A DNA stretch of 64,000 nucleotides from a virus (IMGVR_UViG_3300035180_001344:1095-65094); one strand, 5' to 3'. Counted from the stretch's first letter, positions 30,697 to 40,480 are shown. Translations and numbers: made by a program. The notes: a model not told the origin generated them from the letters alone.

Positions 30697-31056
30697 TCAT
30701 GCTTGTCGGTAAACAAAGTGTTCTTTCATAGACGTCGGCGCAAAATAATCTCGTACGCATTGCTTCGCAATTTCGATATCAAATTCCTTGCACGAGAAAA
30801 TATCAAAGTATGCTGTACCGTCAAGTTCCATAAAGTGACCACAAATATTACTAGTAGTGATCAACTGAACAAGACTATATCCTTGCTTTGGATCACCAGG
30901 AAGTAGGTATTCTATAATTGGTTCTCCGTGTGCAATCATGTCAATACGCTTAACCAAGTCTTTTGCAAACGTCTTGATTTCCAATTTGCTCTTGATACCG
31001 TCATTACAACCAGCACAATCTAGCATGAGGTGATAACCCCAAGACTTTGTGTTCAT
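30697..31056 (-). CDS. speD: S-adenosylmethionine decarboxylase proenzyme-like
   Basis: GYHLMLD, ITTSNICGH, DIFSCKEFD. Confidence 0.8.
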   Translation of the reverse strand: MNTKSWGYHLMLDCAGCNDGIKSKLEIKTFAKDLVKRIDMIAHGEPIIEYLLPGDPKQGYSLVQLITTSNICGHFMELDGTAYFDIFSCKEFDIEIAKQCVRDYFAPTSMKEHFVYRQA

Positions 31057-31580
31057 TTCTTTCCCTTTGTTTTGTCAGCCCAGTCGAGATCTAAATCTTC
31101 GCTGTACTCTTCAACAATCTTGATTTCTTTGACAGCATCTTTGATATCAGGTAGCTTTGTTTCATCCATATCACCAATATCGTACGACAATGTGATATGA
31201 GTTTTATAGTCAGGGAAATCGTACGTAGCGTCGTGCTCTTTCATCAGTTTTTCATGACGAGCGTTCAACTTATCACAGGTGAACTTCATCACCAAACACC
31301 GCGTTGTATCTTCATCGCGGAGTTTGCCTCGTGATTCCCACACTTCCAACTTTGTTGGTGTGCCAATCCAAGCTGGATCAATCTTACCAAGCGGTTCATA
31401 ATCAGGACAATGCTTGCGACTGTACAAAACAGTGCAGTGCATTTTATCCGTCTTCAAACCGTTTGGAATATCATTGTCTACTATGTATTTGGCAACTGCG
31501 TCAGTCGTGCTTTTGTCAAAGTTTACTGCTGCGTACGTTCCTTTTGTTTGTTCTTGTTCTAATAGGTCTTGTACTTTCAT
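31053..31580 (-). CDS. acb1: Acb1/T4 gp57B-like 2H phosphodiesterase
   Basis: GTYAAV, HCTVLYSR, YDFPDYKTHITLSY, EYSEDLDLDW. Confidence 0.85.
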   Translation of the reverse strand: MKVQDLLEQEQTKGTYAAVNFDKSTTDAVAKYIVDNDIPNGLKTDKMHCTVLYSRKHCPDYEPLGKIDPAWIGTPTKLEVWESRGKLRDEDTTRCLVMKFTCDKLNARHEKLMKEHDATYDFPDYKTHITLSYDIGDMDETKLPDIKDAVKEIKIVEEYSEDLDLDWADKTKGKK

Positions 31581-31591
31581 CGATTTCCTTG

Positions 31592-32659
31592 TTATGTCAC
31601 GGGTTCAAACCCTGTGAGGCCCTCTTTTAATGTGTTGGGCACCACAGCTTGTCCATACATCCAGTGGGAAACTGTGGTCACGTGACCTTTGCGTACGTAT
31701 TTACCAACATTCTGTTTGAAGTGAATGAAGTGAAATGGCTCGTCGATTCGAACAACGTACCCTTCAATTTCACCACCTTCGGCAACACGCACCTTCTTGT
31801 ACGCTTCGTATGCATCTTCAATTGCCTTCTTGTCATACACACCCCAGTAAATTACTGGGCACGGTGTAACTCCAAGGAGCTCGAACCATTGAAGCGTGTC
31901 TTTCCACGTCAAAATGCAGTTCTTATCGTCCCAAATCGCAAACCCGTAAGCGTATGTGATAAGATCCTTGTATTGGATTGAATGCTTGGCAAACACGTTT
32001 TCCACGTTAACTCGCCATCCGTCGGGAATGTCTGATTGGATTCGACCATGGAACGCTCGGATCCAGTTCCGCGATGGGTGACCACCAGACGTAACAGAGC
32101 GAGCATGGATGTGGTCGTTATACATCGACGTGTTTTCACCATCGAGCTTTTCCATCACAACAACCATCCTACCGTCAAATACATTGACGTCAGGCATCAT
32201 CCGGTCATCATCGTGCATACCAGGAGACCACGGCAGGTGGAATGTTCGTGGGTATTTGACGTGTTGGTCAAACAAATCAAGAACACCGCCTTGTCCCAGT
32301 ACCTTCTGGACACTTTCGTCATTGAACAGTTCACCTCGCAGCCGACGCCCAGTTTCAAGGATCACGTTGCCCCACTTATCGTACACCGTGTCGTCGTACA
32401 TGTGCTCGGGAATAACTGGCTTGGTGATCCCAGCGTGCTGCCGAATGTCCTCAACAGAGATTGAAGTCATTTCACAAGCCATGTGATGTTCGGCACACAC
32501 AGAAGCGCCGTTGTTGAGGTAGTAACCTCCATCAGAAAAAAGACGGCGTTCGAGTATGTGATGGGCATCAACTGCCGGCTCACCGCACACTACACATTTG
32601 TGATTGTCACGAGCGAAAACGCCTTCTCGGAAAGCGTCTCGCGTCATTAAGGTATTCAT
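31592..32659 (-). CDS. HNH-like domain fused to RNA ligase
   Basis: N-terminal CVVC..DAHHI..C..HH; KYPRTFHLPWS, EKLDGEN, EGYVVR, KYVR. Confidence 0.85.
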   Translation of the reverse strand: MNTLMTRDAFREGVFARDNHKCVVCGEPAVDAHHILERRLFSDGGYYLNNGASVCAEHHMACEMTSISVEDIRQHAGITKPVIPEHMYDDTVYDKWGNVILETGRRLRGELFNDESVQKVLGQGGVLDLFDQHVKYPRTFHLPWSPGMHDDDRMMPDVNVFDGRMVVVMEKLDGENTSMYNDHIHARSVTSGGHPSRNWIRAFHGRIQSDIPDGWRVNVENVFAKHSIQYKDLITYAYGFAIWDDKNCILTWKDTLQWFELLGVTPCPVIYWGVYDKKAIEDAYEAYKKVRVAEGGEIEGYVVRIDEPFHFIHFKQNVGKYVRKGHVTTVSHWMYGQAVVPNTLKEGLTGFEPVT

Positions 32660-32712
32660 GATGACTCCAAGTTATTACTGTTACGATACAGCAATCAGGG
32701 GCAAGAGTCAAC

Positions 32713-32850
32713 TCAATAATAACTGCTGGTGTCTGTTAGTTGCCCACACCGTTTACAACGGCGCTCGGCCCATATACTATCAGGGTCGTTGAGAGGACCC
32801 CAGGCATGGATATTGAATGTGCAGAGCAACCTTCCAAAGAACCACTTCAT
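32713..32850 (-). CDS. small Cys/His protein (45 aa)
   Basis: Below track cutoff. MKWFFGRLLCTFNIHAW...CKRCG, ATGA overlap with DHFR stop. Confidence 0.6.
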   Translation of the reverse strand: MKWFFGRLLCTFNIHAWGPLNDPDSIWAERRCKRCGQLTDTSSYY

Positions 32851-33581
32851 GGATTTCTCCTCCATACAGTGAATCGAAGATCAGGTGCTGTTTCGTTTTG
32901 AAATGTCTTGTCAATTGCGAAATGCTTCATGATGTATCCTACGGGGAAGAATCGATCAGCATCAACATCCTTATTGACAATGGTAATGTACGCCGTAGTT
33001 GCTTTTGCAATCCCTTCACGGTAGATACGCTCACCACCAATGAAAAACACAGTGATGTTATTATCCGCATCAGCAAAGGTCAAGTGCTTGTCAACGTCAC
33101 TAATTGACGCAACGGCAATCGCATTCGCACGTGGAAGCGGCGTAGATGTTACAACAAAGCATCGACGGCTTGGGAGCACACTTTCAGCTGCTTTGTCACC
33201 AAGGCGGGCATTGATATCATCATATGTAGTGCGGCCCATAACACAAATATGACCTTTGGTCATCTGCTGGAACCACTTAAAGTCTTCTGGATAGTACCAC
33301 GGAATCTTTCCATCCTTTGAGAACCCACCGCGTTCATCAACAGCGACAATCACAGCATATTGCTGCCGTGGTGTTTCGTTAATTGCTTGTTGTGTTCGTT
33401 GCGCCCACATTTGTGCTTCCATCAACTGACGTTGAAGTGCTTGCTGTTGAGCTTGCTGTTGAGCTTGCTGGCGAAGCATCTCTTGGTGATGCTGCTGGGC
33501 TTCTTGTTGGCGCCGAAGTATTTCTGCTTGCGCTGCTTCGTTCCATCTCGCCCTCGCTTCTTGTTCTTCTTTTTCAGTCAT
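32847..33581 (-). CDS. folA: dihydrofolate reductase with Gln-rich N-terminal extension
   Basis: IVAVD, IPW..EDFKWF, MGRTTY, IGGERIY, DRFFP. Confidence 0.9.
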   Translation of the reverse strand: MTEKEEQEARARWNEAAQAEILRRQQEAQQHHQEMLRQQAQQQAQQQALQRQLMEAQMWAQRTQQAINETPRQQYAVIVAVDERGGFSKDGKIPWYYPEDFKWFQQMTKGHICVMGRTTYDDINARLGDKAAESVLPSRRCFVVTSTPLPRANAIAVASISDVDKHLTFADADNNITVFFIGGERIYREGIAKATTAYITIVNKDVDADRFFPVGYIMKHFAIDKTFQNETAPDLRFTVWRRNP

Positions 33582-33772
33582 TTCATATCCTTGTACAAGT
33601 CATACCACACTTCAAATTCATCACGATTGCATTGACGAACTTCATCCAAGAACTCTAATAGTTGATCAGATTTAGTCGCCCGTTCGCAATATGGAATACC
33701 AGCATACAGTTCAGCTTGTCGTCCTGCAACAATCACACTGTACTTACCCATTACCCCGTCGCCGTGAATCAT
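33578..33772 (-). CDS. hypothetical protein
   Basis: Overlap-coupled in operon. Confidence 0.6.
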   Translation of the reverse strand: MIHGDGVMGKYSVIVAGRQAELYAGIPYCERATKSDQLLEFLDEVRQCNRDEFEVWYDLYKDMK

Positions 33773-34242
33773 ATTACATCTCCACGTCGATACGCCAATT
33801 GAGGAAGCAATTGTTGAAACAATGCTGATAGTTTACCACCTGAATCCAACTTATCTTGGGTTGAATCATCAACATCGAAGAAAATCCGATCAATCGAAAG
33901 CGTTCGTAACACAGTCGGATTTTCTATCAGCTGGTGAATAGAGTAGAAGAAGTATTGCTGCTCGTTGACAAATACGAGGTTTTGTGTATGTCTCGTAATC
34001 GCACCTGGCCGTGTCATTCGAACTGCCATCCGATGAAACGTTGACCGTACTTGGTCAGTAAAATTTGTCGTCTCCCCAATGTACAAGTACGTATTTTGAG
34101 GTCCACCAAGCTCAACTTCTCCTGCCAAGAGGGACATGTAGGCAACCGTTTTGCCCTCGCGGCGATGGCGATACCGACCTGACGTCAGCAATTCAACCGA
34201 CTGATGGAGCCAGTCTATATCTGTGGTTCGAGGAATAATCAC
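33769..34242 (-). CDS. hypothetical protein
   Basis: GGAGATG-like SD; possible degenerate P-loop (REGKT). Confidence 0.65.
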   Translation of the reverse strand: MIIPRTTDIDWLHQSVELLTSGRYRHRREGKTVAYMSLLAGEVELGGPQNTYLYIGETTNFTDQVRSTFHRMAVRMTRPGAITRHTQNLVFVNEQQYFFYSIHQLIENPTVLRTLSIDRIFFDVDDSTQDKLDSGGKLSALFQQLLPQLAYRRGDVI

Positions 34243-34308
34243 ACCATCTCCAAAGCGGAACTCGCATAAATAAAGAAGAGTTTACACGTATTTAGAAAGA
34301 TTGTCAAC

Positions 34309-34986
34309 ATGACAAAAGACGAAGCAGAGCAAACAGGGTCAAAAACTTATGATAGTTTGACCTCTTGTAGAGCAGCAAACCATATTGGATTACGGTATAC
34401 ATCTAATGGTGGTTGTGTTGAGTGTTGCAAGAGTGAAAAGCGAATACAAGATCGCAACCAATGGCGAGATGCTAACCAGGAGCGGAGGCAGGCAACAGAC
34501 GCTCTGTATACTAAACGACACAAACAGCGCATTAGCGCCTACCATAAACAACGGTATATTACAGTGTTGCGTAGTGAACGACTAGCACATTATCACACAC
34601 TGAAAGCGCAGCAATCAGAACTCATTAAAGACCTGTACTTGGGGCGCGAAATGCCTGTCCCTATGTCAACTGGTGTTGAGGATTTATTTCGACAGCATAT
34701 TGTATGGCGCATTGTCAATGAAGTTACGCCCGAGGTTCGGGTTGAGTATTCATCAAAGGGAAATAGGTCCAATGGTCAAATTGATATCTTCCTTCCATTA
34801 TTAGATATTGGCATAGAAGTGAAATTAGACACCCATTATTGGTCTCCTGCTTTAATTAAGAAGCAACTAACCAAGTATGAGCAATGGCTGGGTGTGGGTA
34901 ACGTATATGTTACGTCACCCACAGGACGGTGGGGGCTGATGCCGGACCAACTTATAGAGAAGCTAAAAACTCATCCTTCGTCATAA
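34309..34986 (+). CDS. putative free-standing PD-(D/E)XK homing-type endonuclease
   Basis: N-terminal C..H...RY...CVEC Zn module; IDIF..IGIEVK; opposite strand to neighbours. Confidence 0.6.
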   Translation: MTKDEAEQTGSKTYDSLTSCRAANHIGLRYTSNGGCVECCKSEKRIQDRNQWRDANQERRQATDALYTKRHKQRISAYHKQRYITVLRSERLAHYHTLKAQQSELIKDLYLGREMPVPMSTGVEDLFRQHIVWRIVNEVTPEVRVEYSSKGNRSNGQIDIFLPLLDIGIEVKLDTHYWSPALIKKQLTKYEQWLGVGNVYVTSPTGRWGLMPDQLIEKLKTHPSS

Positions 34987-36886
34987 TAGGAATACCAAGT
35001 TCACGAGCTTTTTTGAGCTTGGTAGAACTATCTGCTGGGTCAGCCGCCACAACCAGGTGCGTTTTACTGGACACACCAGAAGCAACCCTTCCACCAAGTT
35101 CTTCGATTTTTGTATCAAGTGTCTTGTCACGAAACCCTGTGATAACAACATCCTTGCCAGTTAGGTTACCAACTTTCTTGGCCTCGAATGTCTTAATCGT
35201 GACAAAGTCTTTGATCCAGCCATAAAACTCCATGAAAACTGGGTAACCAGCTGCGACTTTGGCAGCAGACTTCTGCTCGAACCCTTCAACTTGCATCACC
35301 GCTACAACACTGGCACATTTGGTCATATCGCCATGGAACGCTTCGTACAGTTTCTTCATCTTCCTAACACCAATGCCTCGGCCAAACGATGCGTGTGCAC
35401 CCATCAGTTCGTACAAAGGAATGTTGGTAAACCGAGTGCGCATTGCAGTGAAAATCTTCTTGCCGATCACTCGTGAACCAACGAGGTTACTGATATCTTC
35501 TTGCGACAAAGGAATGATCTTTTCAGGGACATCAAATCCCATATCAAACATCTCACGCAGATTGCCTTCACCGAGTCCGGGAACGTCAATCGATGCAAAG
35601 AAATCGTTCAGTCGTTCGAACTTGACAGTATCATTGCTTGATGCGTCAGCAACAATCAGATCAACGCCTGTGTCAGTCCACGTAGCAGTTGTGTCATCTG
35701 GCATTTGCGGTGCAACAGGCTTGACAGTTTCGAGAATGAACGGAATCACATCACCGCTGCGTGTGATTTTGATCAATGCACCAGGACCAATTCCAGATTC
35801 CTTAATGAACTTTGCATTGAAGCCAGTTAGGTTCGTAATCGTCACGCCAACGAGATCAACTGGCAGAATCTGGACTCGGGGCTTATAGTAGCCGTCCTTG
35901 GACAGATTCCACTCAACATTGCGCACAGTGGCGATTGCAAGGTTAGAAGCATCAGCAACCTTGAACTTCACAGCGTATTCTGGATTGAGATCATCCGTCG
36001 CCATCCGCGCACGAACTTTGGCACTGTCGACTTCAATTACTTGGCCGTCGAGCTCATATTTTGAGTTGGCGCGGCGATCGTTGAGCAGCTTGGTCAATTT
36101 CGTGTCGTCCCACTTTTCAGCTTGACCGTACACATAGTCAACAACCGTAAATCCCCATGCTTCAAGTTGGTCCAGTTGGTAACCTTTCCCCATCGTTGAG
36201 CCAACAATCTCATACACAACTGTGTCGATTGCTTTGTATACTTCTGGATGGTTTTCTGACGAGTTCATCAGTCCAGAAACCATGTTGCGAGGGTTCTTGT
36301 AGATTCGGCCTGCGCGTGCGAACTTACCAGTGTTAACCTTGGCAAACGAAGCAGGCGAAATGATGTTTTCTGCACGAATTACAACGACCTTGTCGGTATT
36401 GATCGACTTGGGGATGTTGTGGATCTTTGAAGCGTGCCGCGTGATATCAGCACCCTCTTCACCATCACCACGTGAATATGCAATTTGCAGCTTGCCGTCG
36501 GCGCCGTACACCAGCATCACACTTGCACCGTCGAGCTTATCAGAGATTACAAGCAATTCGCCTGTAAGGTTGTTTTTGGCCACCCATTTGGCGTAGTCAC
36601 CTTGGTACACTTGATTGAGTGAACCCATTTTGTATGGCAGTTTGATTTTGCCGCCACGGACTTGTGAGCCAACGCCGGTAAAATACTTGTCAGCAGGCGA
36701 CAAACGTTGTGCGTATTGACGCAAAGCGTCGTACTGGGCATCAGCAATGAACGACTCTTCATCGTTGTAGTACAGCTCATCCGCTGCAACCAGTAACTCC
36801 AAAATTGTGGAGATGGAAAAGTCCTCGTACGAGCCGAGTACGAACATTTCTTTGGTCAGTTGCTTGCCTTTGGCGATGGTCAGCAT
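34952..36886 (-). CDS. ligA: NAD-dependent DNA ligase
   Basis: KLDG, SRGDG, RSGDVIP, C-terminal BRCT. Confidence 0.95.
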   Translation of the reverse strand: MLTIAKGKQLTKEMFVLGSYEDFSISTILELLVAADELYYNDEESFIADAQYDALRQYAQRLSPADKYFTGVGSQVRGGKIKLPYKMGSLNQVYQGDYAKWVAKNNLTGELLVISDKLDGASVMLVYGADGKLQIAYSRGDGEEGADITRHASKIHNIPKSINTDKVVVIRAENIISPASFAKVNTGKFARAGRIYKNPRNMVSGLMNSSENHPEVYKAIDTVVYEIVGSTMGKGYQLDQLEAWGFTVVDYVYGQAEKWDDTKLTKLLNDRRANSKYELDGQVIEVDSAKVRARMATDDLNPEYAVKFKVADASNLAIATVRNVEWNLSKDGYYKPRVQILPVDLVGVTITNLTGFNAKFIKESGIGPGALIKITRSGDVIPFILETVKPVAPQMPDDTTATWTDTGVDLIVADASSNDTVKFERLNDFFASIDVPGLGEGNLREMFDMGFDVPEKIIPLSQEDISNLVGSRVIGKKIFTAMRTRFTNIPLYELMGAHASFGRGIGVRKMKKLYEAFHGDMTKCASVVAVMQVEGFEQKSAAKVAAGYPVFMEFYGWIKDFVTIKTFEAKKVGNLTGKDVVITGFRDKTLDTKIEELGGRVASGVSSKTHLVVAADPADSSTKLKKARELGIPIMTKDEFLASL

Positions 36887-36950
36887 GAGTAGCTCCGTAA
36901 CAATGAGTTGATACGGCAACTATACAGGAACCCTGTTTAAGGGTCAACAG

Positions 36951-37439
36951 TTAGATTTTTGTTAGACTGAACACCACGTTTGTGATATTGATACAGTTGA
37001 ACTGTTGAAACCTAACATCAATACTGATTGCTCCGTTTCTCATCTGTTCCATTGTGTTATTACGAAAATCACCAATGACATCAAACTTGTTAACAACCTT
37101 ATCTTCTTGCATTTCTTCAAAATAAGCTTCAAGGTATGAAACCAATTGTGAAAAATCATACGTCTTTGAGAGAGTAGACGTGCGCTGGAAAATGAATTCC
37201 TGTGACGTTTCTTCTACGGTTGACACCAAGCGTTGGAGGAGTCGCTTGGAGTTAACGTTGTGGGCTTTGTATGCTACTTGAAAGTCAGCCATTTCATCCT
37301 CCTCAATGTTGGCTAACGGGATCCAAAGGTTCCCGTTAAAAATCATGATTTGCCCTCCGATCGCAGTCAATGATCCAGGTGCTGGTGTACCTGAACGTGA
37401 TGCACCAGTAGGTGTGGGGATGTGTATGGTATGTGGCAT
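36951..37439 (-). CDS. hypothetical protein resembling a tail-sheath C-terminal domain
   Basis: FDVIGDFRNNT...GAISIDVRF pattern. Confidence 0.5.
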   Translation of the reverse strand: MPHTIHIPTPTGASRSGTPAPGSLTAIGGQIMIFNGNLWIPLANIEEDEMADFQVAYKAHNVNSKRLLQRLVSTVEETSQEFIFQRTSTLSKTYDFSQLVSYLEAYFEEMQEDKVVNKFDVIGDFRNNTMEQMRNGAISIDVRFQQFNCINITNVVFSLTKI

Positions 37440-37440
37440 A

Positions 37441-38433
37441 TTATTTGGCTACGTCCATTGGAAGCGTTGGATGTGACGTATAGCCCTCGATGACAAAGTC
37501 TTCAAACTTAAAGTCATCAATGCTGGTAACGGTTCGAGCAAACTTGAACGTTGGTGATTCATACGGCTCACGTGTTAGTTGTTCTGTAAGTTGAGTGATA
37601 TGGTTGTCATAAATGTGCACATCGCCGCCGTTCCAAATGAAATCACCTGGCACCATGTTAGCTACCTCACAAAACATCCGCAACAGAATACTGTATTGGA
37701 CAATATTGAACGGCACGCCAAGTCCGATATCACATGATCTTTGATTGAGCATCAATGACAGTTCATACTTAGGGGTATTTACTTGATCAAGCCAGGTTTC
37801 CAACGTTTCTTCTGTTGTGTTTTCCAGAATCTCATTTGGATGATATATTTTGCCTGCCAACCTCATCCGTTCCATCAAAATCAATGGTCTGGCAAAGCAT
37901 TGGAATGCGTAGTGACACGGTGGTAGGGCCATATCAGGAAGGTCAGCAACGTTCCATGCTGACACAATCATCCGTCGGTCATTTGGATTGTTCTTCAACT
38001 TGTCAACAAGCGAAGCGATTTGATCAATGTGCTCCCAGTGACCCATATGTAGATACTTTTCATATGCTCCTGGACCATCATTGATCATCATCTTGCTCGT
38101 TTCAACAAACTTCGGCCACTTTCTCCATTGATATCCGTAAATTGGACCGAGATCATCGTTTTCGCGAGCCCATTCGTCCCAAATATGAACATTGTGTTCA
38201 AGCAAGTACTTGTTGTCGCTTCCACCCTTCAAGTACCAAAGAATTTCACGAATGATTCCACGTGTGAACATCTTCTTTGTTGTCAGCATTGGAATTGATC
38301 CGTCACGAAGGTTGAACTTCATCTGATAGCCGAACACTGAAATTGTGTCGATTCCAGTGCGGTTTGGTTTACGAACGCCCTCTGCGAGAGCAGTGCGAAT
38401 TAAGTCAAGGTATTTGTTATCATGGTATGTCAT
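37441..38433 (-). CDS. thyA: thymidylate synthase
   Basis: RTG, LTTKK, YGYQWR, LPPCH, QRSCD..LGVPFN, HIYDNH. Confidence 0.97.
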   Translation of the reverse strand: MTYHDNKYLDLIRTALAEGVRKPNRTGIDTISVFGYQMKFNLRDGSIPMLTTKKMFTRGIIREILWYLKGGSDNKYLLEHNVHIWDEWARENDDLGPIYGYQWRKWPKFVETSKMMINDGPGAYEKYLHMGHWEHIDQIASLVDKLKNNPNDRRMIVSAWNVADLPDMALPPCHYAFQCFARPLILMERMRLAGKIYHPNEILENTTEETLETWLDQVNTPKYELSLMLNQRSCDIGLGVPFNIVQYSILLRMFCEVANMVPGDFIWNGGDVHIYDNHITQLTEQLTREPYESPTFKFARTVTSIDDFKFEDFVIEGYTSHPTLPMDVAK

Positions 38434-38436
38434 ATA

Positions 38437-38670
38437 TTATTTCACCTCAAATAGAATTTCTTCACGAACCCACTTACGCCAGCTGCCGGTTGTTCCATCG
38501 ATTGGAGTTACTTCAACGAGTTCGTCAACTTTGCCACTACGGAGCTTGTTCTCTGCCTTTCGACCAGTTTTACGAACTTCTACATTTTCAAACACATAGG
38601 TTTGTTCTGCACTGCGCATAGCAGCCGCAGTTACTGCGTTTACAGAGTCCATTGCTGGGTCAGTTGCCAT
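38437..38670 (-). CDS. hypothetical protein
   Basis: In-operon ORF. Confidence 0.65.
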   Translation of the reverse strand: MATDPAMDSVNAVTAAAMRSAEQTYVFENVEVRKTGRKAENKLRSGKVDELVEVTPIDGTTGSWRKWVREEILFEVK

Positions 38671-39451
38671 TGATGTGCTCCCGTTGAGATGGGGTTAGCA
38701 TTCTGCTTTCAATATAATCTCGATCTTGCGTGAAGATTGGAATCATATCGTCAATCACAGACCCGCCCCATACAACACGATCTTCCTCGGTAATTGACTT
38801 TGTCACACATGAGCCTCGTTTCATCCACGTTGGGATGTCGTTCCAGTTGATTCCATGTTCTGCCATCAACATATCTTGTACTTGATTGTTGTTCTTCCCA
38901 TGCATTTGCTTTTGTGAAAAGTGAAATCTACCAAGCATTTGAACACTGTTGCGAGATGCATCCTGTTGCCGCCAAATGAGATAGTTTACTACCTCCGCTG
39001 ACGGTATGTTGTGTACACGCGAATCGAAGTTTGCAAGATCCGCAAAACTTGTGGGGATGCGATAGCTACTAAAAGCATGGTTGAAAGCAGCTGTTGCAAT
39101 ACTTGCAGAACTTGATACAATCTTTTGCACATTACCACCAAACCACTGTTGGGTTTCAAGCTCATCCCAATCCTTCAAGATGAGACTAATCTCATCTGAT
39201 TGAGTGTATCCAATCACACAGTTTTGGATTCCTTCAACAAGGTGCCGTGTTGTTTGCACCATAACATAGTGCATTATGACACTGAATGGGGTGGTTGCAA
39301 GTGAAGGATCAAGGCCCTTCAAGCATTGGGTAAACGTGTGAAATGCGCGTCCATCGATGCGAATAACGACGGGAGTACGTCGCATTAGGTCATTTTGTGT
39401 GATGACCTCGTATGCCTTCATACGATCACCTAATGAATCTTTTGTAGTCAT
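38660..39451 (-). CDS. thg1: tRNA(His) guanylyltransferase / Thg1-like 3'-5' polymerase
   Basis: RMKAYE, RIDGRAFHTFT, QSDEISL, FDSR, WRQQDASRNS. Confidence 0.93.
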   Translation of the reverse strand: MTTKDSLGDRMKAYEVITQNDLMRRTPVVIRIDGRAFHTFTQCLKGLDPSLATTPFSVIMHYVMVQTTRHLVEGIQNCVIGYTQSDEISLILKDWDELETQQWFGGNVQKIVSSSASIATAAFNHAFSSYRIPTSFADLANFDSRVHNIPSAEVVNYLIWRQQDASRNSVQMLGRFHFSQKQMHGKNNNQVQDMLMAEHGINWNDIPTWMKRGSCVTKSITEEDRVVWGGSVIDDMIPIFTQDRDYIESRMLTPSQREHINGN

Positions 39452-39507
39452 GGGTATTTCCTCTTAGTGGGATTACCAACTGACTATACACTAACAGATA
39501 TGTAGTG

Positions 39508-39855
39508 TCAAGGAGAAGGAGGGGTATTATTTGCTTTCCACCAATGCAATACGGTGATGGAAGCAGACACAAGATATACGTTGAAGAATACGTTTATGAC
39601 TACTAATGCGTCGGAAAAATTAACCAGCTGTGAACCAAACAACAATGATGTGATCAATACTGCGATTCCACACATAATAAACCACGAGTTGTAAACGTCA
39701 ATTTTACGTCTACCGCCATGATTAACATCTGCATCTTTCATCATTGAATAATACGACGCAAGAATGTAAACGCCCCACGATAGTGAGAGCGCTGTCCACG
39801 CTGTGAACGCAAAGGGGAGGTTACTTAGAACCTGTTCCGCTGTTGGTAGTATCAT
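39508..39855 (-). CDS. membrane protein
   Basis: Three hydrophobic segments. Confidence 0.6.
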   Translation of the reverse strand: MILPTAEQVLSNLPFAFTAWTALSLSWGVYILASYYSMMKDADVNHGGRRKIDVYNSWFIMCGIAVLITSLLFGSQLVNFSDALVVINVFFNVYLVSASITVLHWWKANNTPPSP

Positions 39856-40042
39856 TTGATTCTTGCTTGCGGATTTCAAGTGATTGCAGGTCAGCTGCCC
39901 GGTGGCTTGCAATCATTGCGTAGTAGGGGGTACTGGTTGGTGTTACAGCATATTTTGCTACGTAAATTAACATAGCACTGACTATTACGATAGCAAGGGC
40001 TCGTAGCGCGTGCGAGATAAGAGATCGATCGGCAGGACTCAT
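39821..40042 (-). CDS. small membrane protein
   Basis: GGAG SD, one TM segment. Confidence 0.6.
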   Translation of the reverse strand: MSPADRSLISHALRALAIVIVSAMLIYVAKYAVTPTSTPYYAMIASHRAADLQSLEIRKQESNDTTNSGTGSK

Positions 40043-40139
40043 GTATAACTCCGTGTAGTTTATGTATTTATAAACACATGGTCAAACAACTCTTTTTTTG
40101 GTTCAGGCTATAAATAATCGGTACAAATAGGAGCAGTTC

Positions 40140-40457
40140 ATGGCAACGTCACCGGTAAAACCAAAAGGAATAAGTGTTGGCCTTCCTGCTACGCTAAGTC
40201 TTAGGGATTTGATTACAATAGTATCAGCAGCAATTACACTAACATTGGCATGGGGAGTATTCAGTTCAAGATTGGCAGTTCTTGAACGTGAAATTGTGTC
40301 GTTACAAAAATCAGATACAGTTCAAGAACTTGCTGTTGAAAAATTGCAAGTGCAAGTGCATCGAAATACTGCACACCAACAAGACGATGAGCTATTGATC
40401 GATCAGGTATTCCAACTACTGCGCAGGCCGGCTCCCACGAGACACGCATCTGAATAA
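40140..40457 (+). CDS. membrane-anchored coiled-coil protein
   Basis: TATAAATA at 40109-40116, AGGAG SD, one TM then coiled coil. Confidence 0.7.
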   Translation: MATSPVKPKGISVGLPATLSLRDLITIVSAAITLTLAWGVFSSRLAVLEREIVSLQKSDTVQELAVEKLQVQVHRNTAHQQDDELLIDQVFQLLRRPAPTRHASE

Positions 40458-40480
40458 AAAGCCACCCAAGGGTGGCTTTT
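40457..40480. terminator. bidirectional terminator
   Basis: AAAAGCCACCC-AA-GGGTGGCTTTT between convergent genes. Confidence 0.85.

Noticed and set aside
4854-38433. Introns or inteins in polymerase, helicase, nrdJ, topoisomerase, thyA
   Set aside because: ORFs are continuous and of normal length; the short thyA and nrdJ insertions lack splice motifs
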